A stretch of 64,000 nt of DNA from Candidatus Woesearchaeota archaeon (GTDB lineage: Archaea > Nanobdellota > Nanobdellia > SCGC-AAA011-G17 > JACPIM01), in NCBI GenBank assembly GCA_043817645.1, contig JBDRGP010000029.1, positions 58,226 to 122,225 on the forward strand, given 5' to 3'. This document shows, one piece after another, positions 35,086 through 44,812 of this stretch (the stretch's first letter is position 1; the number at the start of each line of letters is the position of its first letter). Position numbers and translations under genes: made by a program. The notes beneath the pieces are model-generated. The model saw only the letters and a list, made by a program, of their open reading frames with translations, was not told where the DNA came from and did not search any database.

Positions 35086-35447
35086 ATGAAAAGGGGTTAT
35101 GCTAAGATCTACTTTATTGTTCTTATTCTTTTAGTTAGTTTTAGTTTCTTTTTTAATTTTGATGGTTTGAAAGATATTACTGGTAGGATTTCTAGAGAAG
35201 AGTTATGCAAATCTGATATTTGTGATACTGATCTTTTTGTGGGTGGTGAAGTTGTTGGACGTGCGAATGTTTGTGAGAAGGAAGGAAAGATTGAGATTAG
35301 AGAACATTACGCTGGAGAAGAATATTATCCAGACACTTATGGTGGGCTAGAGAATTCTAATGGTGAATATCACTTTACTTTATATGATGGTAGAGATGCG
35401 ATGGTTTATTTTGCTTTTACTGAAGATAGAAGGAGAAAATGTTCTGA
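35086..35447 (+). repeat. Mosaic ~360-bp duplication shared with 41020-41393 (5' ends of two secreted-protein genes)
   Basis: The first ~125 bp and the last ~125 bp are near-identical, including a 100%-identical block tattatccagacacttatggtgggctagagaattc...gaaaatgttctga. The middle ~90 bp is divergent. Confidence 0.7.
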
Positions 35448-37374
35448 TAAGAGTGTTGTAGAGGTGGATGAGGAAGAGGTTTAGGGAATAATTGGAGTCA
35501 ATTGTGAGAGTCTATCAATTGAGGAGTGTACAGCAAATTCGGAGAGATGTGAAATTGCAAATGTAGAAGTAGCTTCTTCTGGAGGATGTGGACGGGAGAC
35601 AACTTCCTTTAGAGATAGGTGCATTGATAAACGAACCGAAGAAGCGTGTGAGCTTAATGGTGGGGAAATTTGTAGTGGTTGTTGTGAAAATATACTTTTT
35701 TCTACAGATGAATTTGTTTGTTGCAGACAGAATAATTGCTTTGTTGACGAACTTACAAGAGACTATACTGGATTAAGATGGGTGTGGACAAACGAATATA
35801 AGTTTATACCGATTGATAATGCGAAAATTACAAGAACATTTCCTGATGGGGAGTATGTGGTTGTTGCTAAAGATATTTATGGCACAACATATAGTGCGAT
35901 ACTTGATAAAGATATAGAAGGGCGTCCCTTAGAAGGAATATCGTCTTATAAATTTAATCTAGGCCCCTATGATCCTCTGAGGGAGGTAGATTTACTTGAA
36001 AGTGAGTGTCTTTTTAGTATAACTTCAATTAGAGATGGTAAACTCTATCCTACTATTAATCCAAGGACGGGTTTGCGAGGAACAATATTTTCTTTTGCTT
36101 TTTCTGTTGATTCCACTGGAATAGAATATATGCCTGCTTCTAGCGATTCTGCTGGAATAGAAAGTGTGTTTGTTTCTACTGTTTCTTCTGGTTTTTCATA
36201 TAGAGTAAATACGGTGGAAAGGGAAGTAGAGAGGGCATATTTTGTACTTTCTGATTTAGGGGGTAATGAACTTTTAGTAGCGGATATGTATGACGATGGA
36301 TTACACGGAGATGGTGAAAACGGTGATTATATGTTTGGTGCAATATTTGACTCTTCATCACTTCCAGTTGGACTATACAAACTTCGATTTTATGTTATAG
36401 ATAATTTTGGCATGGATAATAGTCGAGATTTTTCTTTGAAAATTGAGGATGAATCGGCATTTCAATCTAATTGTATTGAGGTTTATCGAGGTCATAATAG
36501 AGTTGAGGCTCATAACAGAGCAAATGCAATCTTTATCGGGTATGGTTATGATTCCATAACTGATGTAGCAGAGATAAGTAGATGGCAGATGGATAAGCTT
36601 TTGGAGTTAACGCCTTTTAATGAGAATCGAAATAAAATTAATTTTTGGGTGGTCAATGAGATAGGAAGTTTAGACTTATGTCATGATGTAGACTACATTT
36701 TTTATGAATCTGTGGATTGTATTTCGGATTTAAAACAAAGATGCCCCTTTTCAAATGCATTTGTAAATCATCTTGTAAATAGGGATTTTAGATCGCATGC
36801 ATACCCCGCTGTTGAAGAAACTCATAACTCCTTTCCTCTAGAGAGATTGGGTCGCGATTATTTGCTCGCTCATGAGTTTGGGGGGCATACTTTTGGCAAA
36901 CTGTTAGATGAGTATGTAGAACCTGATAATCCAGACAATGTTTTGAATAGTCTCTTCCATGATATACCGTATGTGCTTCCGCAATATGGACCTAATTGTT
37001 ATTCTACTATCGAAGACACTACTTATGATCAATGTTGGCAAAATGCCCCTTGGAAGGAGTTTTTTGGTAGAGGTTGTGGTGATGAAGGCGTAATTGATTG
37101 TGAAAACCTTGTTTTAGAGAGGCAAAGATGCATACTCGCGTGTATAGATCTGTATGAAGATTTGAATGAAAGAACGTCTTGTGTGGATTCTTGTCCAGTA
37201 TACCCAGAAGGTGCTGAAAGAGAAATTACTTGTGTTGAGGGTTGCCAATTATTTGAGCATGGTACCTTCAGACCGAATCACTGTAGTCTTATGATGGCTC
37301 CTGAATTTTGCCTATATTTCGGCTTGTGGAATGAGCATTTATTACAGCAAAAATTAAATCAGTATTCGGAATAA
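35086..37374 (+). pseudogene. Secreted Cys-rich protein: one continuous reading frame (~762 codons) interrupted by a single in-frame TAG at 35482-35484; the C-terminal part carries an HEFGGHT...DEY zincin-like motif
   Basis: ORFs 35086..35484 and 35782..37374 are in the same frame, with no other stop between them. The first ~120 codons are near-identical to the start of gene 41020..43314. Confidence 0.5.
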
Positions 37375-37410
37375 AAACATTTATAAGGTATATTTTTCAG
37401 TATACAGATT

Positions 37411-37890
37411 ATGAGACTTAATCAGAGAATACTAAAAACAGGCCTTGCACTAGGTGCATTATCCCTGGGTGGATGTATATGGGATCTTGAGTCACTTCTA
37501 AAAACAGAACCTGCAACTCCTCTTGTTGGTATGTGGCGTGAACAGGCTGCTTATTCGTGTAGTGGTCAGAGAATCAATAGTAGAGAACCATTTAGAGAGT
37601 TAGTATTTGGAGATAGTTCTTTTACTTTTACCTGGGCCCCTTTTGAGAGTTATGTTGATTATTGGGGTACTTATTCATATAATTCGGAAAGTGGAGAAGT
37701 TGTTATGAGTATCACAGGAGGGAACCAGATTCCGGAAGTATATGATCTTAGGGGTAATGTTTCTTTTAATGAAGATGGAACACTTCACCTTGAGGATATG
37801 TTCTTTGGTTTTCCAGGAGTTCCTTGGAATGATTCTACAGAAAGACTGGATGAAAGACCATGTAGCTATGTTATTGAAGAATTTTTCTAG
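37411..37890 (+). CDS. Lipoprotein, hypothetical
   Basis: 159 aa. It has a signal peptide and lipobox LSLGGC. Confidence 0.45.
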   Translation: MRLNQRILKTGLALGALSLGGCIWDLESLLKTEPATPLVGMWREQAAYSCSGQRINSREPFRELVFGDSSFTFTWAPFESYVDYWGTYSYNSESGEVVMSITGGNQIPEVYDLRGNVSFNEDGTLHLEDMFFGFPGVPWNDSTERLDERPCSYVIEEFF

Positions 37891-37943
37891 GAATAGTTAA
37901 AATAAAAACATATTTAAATAAAACCTTATTCTGTTAATTAGAA

Positions 37944-38507
37944 ATGAAAAAGAGGTTAATCTTATTATCTGTTATCCTGTTCTCTATAGTTGTTTTTCCT
38001 GTTGTAATTTCTGGTTCTTTGGAAAAGGTATTTGTTTTAAAATTATCTTATGATTCTGGAGTTATAAAACAAGAAAGTGTTTATGTTACTCCCATGTATT
38101 TTTCTGAAAAAAAAGATCAACCAGAGGGTGGCTATTTAGCGAAGTTGCTATCCGTGGACAAAGAAGAGTTATATTCCGTGGGGTTTGAGTTTCCGCTTGA
38201 AGTAACAGATTTGCCAGTGCAGAGATTAGAAAAGGGAGAAATTGATCTTTATTTACCCTATAACTCTAATGCAGAAAGAATAGAGATATTCTCTCCAGAA
38301 GGAGATAAAGTATTGGACATTGATGTAAGAGGGTTTATTGAGAATGTTTGTGGTGATGGTGTTTGCGATAAATTAGAAAGTTATGAGTCCTGTAGTTTAG
38401 ATTGCGGGAAAGCTGTTTTTAGTTTTGTAAAAGATTTTGGTGTGTTTATTGCGGGAGGGGTAATCCTTATAATTTTGTTAGTTTATTTAATAAGAAAAAA
38501 ACATTGA
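37944..38507 (+). CDS. Secreted protein with C-terminal TM anchor and a Cys-rich module
   Basis: 187 aa with a signal peptide. It has NVCGDGVCDKLESYESCSLDCG and a terminal TM plus KKH. Confidence 0.45.
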   Translation: MKKRLILLSVILFSIVVFPVVISGSLEKVFVLKLSYDSGVIKQESVYVTPMYFSEKKDQPEGGYLAKLLSVDKEELYSVGFEFPLEVTDLPVQRLEKGEIDLYLPYNSNAERIEIFSPEGDKVLDIDVRGFIENVCGDGVCDKLESYESCSLDCGKAVFSFVKDFGVFIAGGVILIILLVYLIRKKH

Positions 38508-38592
38508 CTGTTATTAAACCCCTACCGGAGATCTAAACTCCAAAAACTAAAATAGCACTGAAGCTTAGTTCTCCGGCGGGTAAAAGAGGTGA

Positions 38593-39399
38593 TTATTTTT
38601 TAATGTTTGCATTTGTCCATGTAAAGTTAAACATGGTTTCCATTGCTTGTGAAAAGAACTTGGAATTTACCCAAATTCCTGTATCATATGTTTCGTGAGT
38701 GCTTTTATCATCTGTTGCAATGAACATTAATTCTCTTCCATCAATTAAAGCAAATCTTGCTCTGATTGGATTTATTGATCTTAACTCTGCAAATTGTTTT
38801 ATTTCAGATGCTTTTTTTTGAACCTCTTCATTAAAGGGTGTTGCGATTCTTATTTTGATACCTTTATCCTTTAATTTCTTTAATCTAAACTTTAACTTAT
38901 CAAATTTTCTTAAAAGACCTTCAGGAGTTGTAACTATAATAACGGACTTTTTAGCATTTTGAAGCATTGCGTCTAAATGGTCATAGATATTTTCTCTTCC
39001 TTTTATTGTACCAGCAAGAGATTCTGGATCTATTTTTTCAATACCTTGTTTGAATAAAAGCTCTATATCTCTAAACATTTTGTCTTCTTTTACATCGCCT
39101 AAATGTTTAAGTTTCGCATCAGCACGCTCTTTTACATTTTTTCTTACTCTTTTTATGACTTCTTCTGGTGTGATTGCAATGTATTTTATTGGTTTTCCTA
39201 GCTTCAATATGGTAAATCCTTTCTTTTCTAGGCTTTCTAGAACGTCATAGGATCTTGATCTAGGAACATTTGAGATATCTGATAATTCTCCAGCTGTAGC
39301 TATTCCTCTTGAGAGTAATGCTGTCCAGATCTTGACTTCATAAATATTTAAATCAAATGCAGATCTCAACTTCTTTAGGAAACTTTCTTGAACTATCAT
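38593..39399 (-). CDS. TrmB-family transcriptional regulator
   Basis: 268 aa. The N-terminal wHTH LNIYEVKIWTALLSRGIATAGELSDISNVPRSRSYDVLESLEKKGF and the C-terminal sensor domain match TrmB. Confidence 0.8.
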   Translation of the reverse strand: MIVQESFLKKLRSAFDLNIYEVKIWTALLSRGIATAGELSDISNVPRSRSYDVLESLEKKGFTILKLGKPIKYIAITPEEVIKRVRKNVKERADAKLKHLGDVKEDKMFRDIELLFKQGIEKIDPESLAGTIKGRENIYDHLDAMLQNAKKSVIIVTTPEGLLRKFDKLKFRLKKLKDKGIKIRIATPFNEEVQKKASEIKQFAELRSINPIRARFALIDGRELMFIATDDKSTHETYDTGIWVNSKFFSQAMETMFNFTWTNANIKK

Positions 39400-39469
39400 T
39401 TTTTACTACTCTAGGATGAGCAACGAGGTATATAAACCTTTCGGTTATGACCTTACCCTACAGTAGTTA

Positions 39470-39844
39470 ATGGAAGGGTTTATAAAGGAGTTATTTGCCG
39501 TATATTCTATGGCAAATCAAAGAGAAGTACCAGGACCTCTAGATGTGAGGGTTACAGGGGGTGGACTAGTAAGGGCTCCGTCTCTTAATATGGAAGTGGT
39601 ATTAACTCCAAGAGTGCCAGGCCTTACAGAGTATATTGCTGAAGCAGGTGCAGATGAATTGATGAGGATGGTAGAGCAATTGTGTGGAGATTCAGCTGTT
39701 CGATATCGGGGCTGTTCTCTTTATAGGGATGGAGTAAAAGCACAGTTTGCAGATATGAGTGAAGCTCGAAGGCTTGCTGACTATGTTAATGGGAGAGGGT
39801 TCTTGATTTTTAAAGCTGATGTTGCTCCAATTCCAAGAGGCTAG
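39470..39844 (+). CDS. Hypothetical protein with strongly atypical (GC-rich) composition
   Basis: 124 aa. Gly/Ala/Arg/Val-rich codons (ggg, gcc, cgg) are otherwise rare in this window. Confidence 0.35.
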   Translation: MEGFIKELFAVYSMANQREVPGPLDVRVTGGGLVRAPSLNMEVVLTPRVPGLTEYIAEAGADELMRMVEQLCGDSAVRYRGCSLYRDGVKAQFADMSEARRLADYVNGRGFLIFKADVAPIPRG

Positions 39845-39913
39845 ATGCTATTTTCTATCGAGTATTAGTATTAAACAATATTTTTTTAAATAGGTGAATC
39901 TTTCTATTTTTGT

Positions 39914-40849
39914 ATGAAAGAGTTTGATATTGCTATTCTTGGAGGTGGGGTTACTGGGTTAGCTGCTGCTGTGTATTCTGCCAGATTCAATATGAAAACT
40001 ATTGTTTTTGGCGGTAGATTAGGTGGTTTGATTCAAGATACACATTTGGTTGAAAATTATCCTGGTTTTAAGAGTATTTCTGGATTTGATCTTTCTCAAA
40101 ATATTTTAAATCATGCTAAAGCTTATCCTGAGCAGGTTACGATTAATGAAGAACTTGTTAAGGATGTTGAGAAAACTAAAGATGGTTTTTTAGTTAAAGG
40201 TGCTAAAACTAATGTTAAAGCTAAAACTATATTGTTTGCTACTGGAACTAGAAGAAGAAAGTTAAATGTTCCTGGTGAAAAAGAATTTGCCAATAAGGGT
40301 GTAAGTTATTGTGTAACCTGCGATGGACCATTATTTAAAGGGAAAAAATGCATTATAATTGGTGGGAGTGATAGTGCTGTAAAAGAATCTTTATTACTTG
40401 CTGAATATGCTTCTAAAGTTTATATTGTTTATAGAAAAGAAAAAGTACACCCTGAGCCAATAAATATGAAAAGGGCTGAAGAATTAATTAAAAAAGGAAA
40501 AATTGAGATTATTGGTAATACTAATGTTGTTGAGGTTAAAGGTGATAAGTTTGTTAGTTCTGTTATTTTTGATAAAGCCTATAAGGGAAGTAAAGAGTTT
40601 AAGTGTGAAAGTGTTTTTATTGAGATTGGTCATATAGTTGAGAGTGAGTTGGCTAAAAAATTGGGTGTTAAGTTGGATGAAAAAGGAGAAATAATTATTA
40701 ATTTTGATTCTAAGACTAATGTTGCTGGTGTTTATGCTGGTGGTGATGTTGTTGCAAGAGCTTGGAAACAGGCTATTGTTGGTGTTGCTGAAGGTGTTTT
40801 AGGAGTTAATTCTGCTTATGAGTATATACAAGAGCAGAAAGTTAAATGA
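39914..40849 (+). CDS. trxB: Thioredoxin-disulfide reductase
   Basis: 311 aa. It has FAD motif ILGGGVTGLAAAVY, redox CVTCDG and NADPH motif IIGGSDSAV. Confidence 0.85.
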   Translation: MKEFDIAILGGGVTGLAAAVYSARFNMKTIVFGGRLGGLIQDTHLVENYPGFKSISGFDLSQNILNHAKAYPEQVTINEELVKDVEKTKDGFLVKGAKTNVKAKTILFATGTRRRKLNVPGEKEFANKGVSYCVTCDGPLFKGKKCIIIGGSDSAVKESLLLAEYASKVYIVYRKEKVHPEPINMKRAEELIKKGKIEIIGNTNVVEVKGDKFVSSVIFDKAYKGSKEFKCESVFIEIGHIVESELAKKLGVKLDEKGEIIINFDSKTNVAGVYAGGDVVARAWKQAIVGVAEGVLGVNSAYEYIQEQKVK

Positions 40850-41001
40850 AAAAAGTAGTATTTTGTCCTATGTGTAGATCTACAAATGTGAGTTTTGATG
40901 CTAGATTAGAAATTGTTTATCCTGTTTGTAAAAATTGCGGATTTAGAAGTATTGGCATGGATTTTCCTCACAAAATTGTTAAGAAATCCTTAAAAAGGTA
41001 G
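40846..41001 (+). CDS. Small C4 zinc-ribbon protein coupled to trxB (ATGA overlap), not in the ORF track
   Basis: The translation is MKKVVFCPMCRSTNVSFDARLEIVYPVCKNCGFRSIGMDFPHKIVKKSLKR (51 aa). Confidence 0.4.
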   Translation: MKKVVFCPMCRSTNVSFDARLEIVYPVCKNCGFRSIGMDFPHKIVKKSLKR

Positions 41002-41019
41002 AAAGTTTGTTCTTTTTGT

Positions 41020-43314
41020 ATGAGAAGAGGTTATGCTAAGATCTACTTTATTGTTCTTATTCTTTTAGTGAGTTTTAGTTTCTTTTTTAATTTTGATGGT
41101 TTGAAAGATATTACTGGAAGGATTACTAGAGAAGAGTTATGTACTGATGATATTTGTGATACTGATCTTTATGTAGGTGGCGAGATTCTTGAAGATGCGC
41201 GTGCAAATGTCTGTAAAGAGGAGGGAATAGTTGGTGTGAGAGAGCGCATTTCTGAGTTTCCTAGAGAATATTATCCAGACACTTATGGTGGGCTAGAGAA
41301 TTCTAATGGTGAATATCACTTTACTTTATATGATGGTAGAGATGCGATGGTTTATTTTGCTTTTACTGAAGATAGAAGGAGAAAATGTTCTGACGAAAAT
41401 ATTATAGAGGAACCTTCTGTTTCGAAGGAAGGGACTTTTACTGTTTCAAATCCTTGTATGGGACTGCCAGAAGATGAATGTGGACTAACAGAAGGATGTG
41501 TTGTAGATTATAGGGAACAGGGTCAATCAGGTGGAATTGGAAATTGTTTTGGTAAACAAACGCAAATAGTACCTGTGTGTCTTGATGGCGGAGAAGAATG
41601 TGTTCCTATTTTACCTACTACGCCTGAAAAAACCTTAACTTTTGTGGATGAAAAAGATGTTCCTATTGAAGTTACTGTAACAAAAACTAATTCTGGATTT
41701 TCTTTTCGTAGGAGTTCTGGAGGCGAGTATTCAACAAACACACTAGCAACTGGAGAGTATTGTACGGTTGTAGGAGTGAATTTTCTCACAGGTATTGAAA
41801 ATTATAACTATCAAATGCAGATCGAAAGTTGTAGTGGAGAGGGAGAAAATAGGATTTGTACATATGTCCCAAATGATCTGACCTGGAATCTTGTTGATAC
41901 AGAAGGAGAATATGTTTACAACCAGGCGTTGAGTGGTGAAAATCAAGAAGAAAATTGCCCTCCTCTTCTTCCTGCCACCTTTTCTTGCCCTGAAGAAGGC
42001 TGCCCAAATCCCTATCCTGGATTGTGCAATATCTGGGCTCTTCCTGTTCAGATTCCTGTTTTAATAGGTGCATATTGTGATGGGTGGGATGCACGAGAGT
42101 TAGCTACTGGAGCAAATGCACAACAAGAAGTAGCTGATTGTGATCAGCGGGTGAGGGATGCTATTGAAGGCAGTGGAGAATGTAATAATAATCCGCCAAC
42201 CGTTTCATCTAGTGGGAAGTCAACGCCCAACTTTAAGGAAGGAGATAAATGCGAGCTAATGTGGGCTGTTAATGATATTGAAGATTCTTCAAATCAAAAA
42301 GAAACAGACCTTTTTGTCCCGCGCATTATAGATGAACCCTCCATTAATGATCTTTTTTCTAAAAACCCTCCTTATGAACAGATTATGCCTTATGTTATAT
42401 ATGATAAAGAAGGCAAACTCTATTCTCAAGGGACCAATTTATTTAGGAGGGTGGTAGGAAGAGCTATTGATTCTGGGACTGATCAGGATGGTAAGCTTTG
42501 TCAAGAAAAAGGAGAGGCAGAAACCTCAAAAGAAATAATAATCCCAACGGTTGAATTTCGAGGGAAGAAGGCCGTCCAGTTACCGACGCTTAAATTTGAG
42601 ATTACCAAAACCACCTACAAGGATAGTTGTGATCCTAAGGGGATACTTGATGCGGGGTTTGTTATTGAGACAACCATTGAAAGATGGCTTATACTTGAGG
42701 ATTGTCAGATTGCGGGAAAGACTACTCTTAATTTTAAGTATAGAAATATGTTCTTAGGATCTCCATCAAATTATTCTGTGAGAACGGGACTTTTTGAAGC
42801 AGTTGAGAAGGCTTTGGAGGGGGGTATAAGTGAAGCCAATCTTGAAAAGGTCAAAGGATTTATCTTTAGGTATTATACTCCGCCACCCCACAAGGAATGG
42901 CAATATGCTCCTTTAATTGTTGAGTCTGTCGATGGAAAAGTATACTTAAGCACTATTGATCACGAGATGACTGAAGGGCTTGCCTTGCTTCCGAATAAAC
43001 AGAAAGATTTATTATTGACTCCGCCAGGGAGTTTGAACTTTAAAAGTATAGAAAATGATGAAGGTGAGGAGGCACTTAGATCAATTGAGATTAATGTGGA
43101 AGAAGGTGCTAATGGTGCGGCTAAAAGATGTTTCAATAATCTAAAAGAAGATGATCAAGATGGGGGATTTTGGGGAAAAAGGAGTATAAGACAAGAGAAC
43201 CAAGCTAAAAAATTTGCTGAAATAGAGGCTTTCTATACTGGATATATTAAAGGACACTATGATAAACTAGGAGAATATTTTGAAAACGCAAGGTCTTGTC
43301 TTTGTAAGGAATAA
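41020..43314 (+). CDS. Large secreted Cys-rich protein, paralog of 35086..37374 (shared N-terminal module)
   Basis: 764 aa with a signal/TM, then many Cys pairs. The first ~125 codons are near-identical at the DNA level to 35086-35447. Confidence 0.6.
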   Translation: MRRGYAKIYFIVLILLVSFSFFFNFDGLKDITGRITREELCTDDICDTDLYVGGEILEDARANVCKEEGIVGVRERISEFPREYYPDTYGGLENSNGEYHFTLYDGRDAMVYFAFTEDRRRKCSDENIIEEPSVSKEGTFTVSNPCMGLPEDECGLTEGCVVDYREQGQSGGIGNCFGKQTQIVPVCLDGGEECVPILPTTPEKTLTFVDEKDVPIEVTVTKTNSGFSFRRSSGGEYSTNTLATGEYCTVVGVNFLTGIENYNYQMQIESCSGEGENRICTYVPNDLTWNLVDTEGEYVYNQALSGENQEENCPPLLPATFSCPEEGCPNPYPGLCNIWALPVQIPVLIGAYCDGWDARELATGANAQQEVADCDQRVRDAIEGSGECNNNPPTVSSSGKSTPNFKEGDKCELMWAVNDIEDSSNQKETDLFVPRIIDEPSINDLFSKNPPYEQIMPYVIYDKEGKLYSQGTNLFRRVVGRAIDSGTDQDGKLCQEKGEAETSKEIIIPTVEFRGKKAVQLPTLKFEITKTTYKDSCDPKGILDAGFVIETTIERWLILEDCQIAGKTTLNFKYRNMFLGSPSNYSVRTGLFEAVEKALEGGISEANLEKVKGFIFRYYTPPPHKEWQYAPLIVESVDGKVYLSTIDHEMTEGLALLPNKQKDLLLTPPGSLNFKSIENDEGEEALRSIEINVEEGANGAAKRCFNNLKEDDQDGGFWGKRSIRQENQAKKFAEIEAFYTGYIKGHYDKLGEYFENARSCLCKE

Positions 43315-43323
43315 ATGTAGGTG

Positions 43324-43566
43324 TTATAAACCTGCAGGGAAATCTACTGAAAGATTCTTTAAGGGTTCTAGTGCTTGGTACAACCTACATCCTCCATAGA
43401 TTGCACCTAAAAGAACCGCTATTGCTGCACCAATTATTAATGGTTTAATGTATGGGCTTTTATTATTTGTGTCAGTTGTAGCATAATTTAGAGTAGGAAC
43501 TGGTTGTTGACTTGTTTGCGCTTCTCTTTCAAGTGGATTTCCTTCTGGGATTTTTTTGTCTATCAT
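43324..43566 (-). CDS. Small membrane protein
   Basis: 80 aa with a C-terminal TM. Confidence 0.35.
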   Translation of the reverse strand: MIDKKIPEGNPLEREAQTSQQPVPTLNYATTDTNNKSPYIKPLIIGAAIAVLLGAIYGGCRLYQALEPLKNLSVDFPAGL

Positions 43567-43705
43567 ATTTATTAGAAGATTTTCTTCTTTTTAAATCTTT
43601 CTATTTTTACCACTTTTTAGAGACAATATTACTAAATTTATTTTTGAAGAAATCTTTATATACCAGTCATTTGGTCATTTGTATATTTAACAAGGGGGAA
43701 TTATT

Positions 43706-44812
43706 ATGGAAATGTTTGATGAATTTGGTCCTGAAAAGATATTAGAAGTTTATAATCCTAAAGTTGGAATGAGGGGTTTTGTTGTGATCGATAATACGAG
43801 CTTAGGCCCTGGAAAAGGAGGAACAAGAATGACTCCTTCTGTTTCTAAAGAAGAAGTGTTTAGATTAGCAAGAACAATGACATGGAAGAATGCTTTAGCG
43901 GATTTGCCGTTTGGTGGTGCAAAATCTGGAATTATAGCTGATTCTAAGAAGATTGATAGGGAAAAGAAAAAGACTATTGTAGAGGCTTTTGCTGAAGGGT
44001 TGAAAGTTGTTTCTCCTAGCCAGTATATTGCCGCTCCTGATATGAATATGGCTGAAGAAGAAATGAAGTGGTATGCTGAAAAAAATGGTGATATGAAGAG
44101 TTGTACTGGAAAGCCTAAGGATTTAGGGGGATTGCCTCATGAATTAGGAAGTACTGGATTTGGAGTTTATCATTCTTTGTTAGTTGCTGCTCCTTATGCT
44201 GGATTAGATATTGACAAGGCTACAGTTGCTATTGAAGGATTTGGTAATGTTGGGTGGTTTGTTGCTAAGTTTTTGAAAGAGCATAAATGTAAATTGGTTG
44301 CTGTTTCTGATTCTTCTGGTGTGATTTATAATAAAAAAGGATTAGATTTTAAGAAATTAGCTAAAGTTAAGAAAGAGAAAGGTAAAGTAACTGCTTATGG
44401 TGAAGGCGAAGTTATGCCAAGTAATGATATTTTAGATGTTGATGCGGATATTTTAGTTACTGCAGCAATTCCTGATTTAGTTAAGGGAAGTGATGTTGAT
44501 AGATTAAAATTTAAGATGATTGTTGAAGGGAGCAACATTCCTATGATTGAAGCTGTTGAAAGAGAGTGTTTTAAGAAAGGCATATTAATGGTTCCTGATT
44601 TCTTAGCAAATGCTGGTGGTGTAATTAGCAGTTATGTTGAGTATACAGGTGGTGGTGAAGAAGAGATGTTTAAGATGGTTGAAGAAAAAATAAAGAAAAA
44701 TACAGAGATGGTTATGAAGGCTGCTAAAGAAAAAGGAGTTTTGCCTAGAGATGCTGGTATGGAGATTGCTGTTGAAAGAGTAATGGAGAAATGTAAGGTT
44801 TGTAGAGTATGA
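43706..44812 (+). CDS. Glu/Leu/Phe/Val dehydrogenase family protein (short glutamate-dehydrogenase-like)
   Basis: 368 aa. GPGKGGTRMTPSVSKEEVFRLARTMTWKNALADLPFGGAKSGI is the catalytic-Lys region of the GDH family. It has a C-terminal Rossmann fold. Confidence 0.85.
   Translation: MEMFDEFGPEKILEVYNPKVGMRGFVVIDNTSLGPGKGGTRMTPSVSKEEVFRLARTMTWKNALADLPFGGAKSGIIADSKKIDREKKKTIVEAFAEGLKVVSPSQYIAAPDMNMAEEEMKWYAEKNGDMKSCTGKPKDLGGLPHELGSTGFGVYHSLLVAAPYAGLDIDKATVAIEGFGNVGWFVAKFLKEHKCKLVAVSDSSGVIYNKKGLDFKKLAKVKKEKGKVTAYGEGEVMPSNDILDVDADILVTAAIPDLVKGSDVDRLKFKMIVEGSNIPMIEAVERECFKKGILMVPDFLANAGGVISSYVEYTGGGEEEMFKMVEEKIKKNTEMVMKAAKEKGVLPRDAGMEIAVERVMEKCKVCRV

Noticed and set aside
36871-36891. Calling the HEFGGH motif a canonical zincin active site
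   Set aside because: The spacing is HExxxH rather than HExxH. It is reported only as similarity to the HELGH-containing protein, not as a confident protease.
38520-38575. Inverted repeat ccggaga...tctccgg between convergent genes as a regulatory element
   Set aside because: It has a 7-bp stem with a 37-nt loop between two convergent genes. It is most simply a weak bidirectional terminator-like structure and is not distinctive enough to report.
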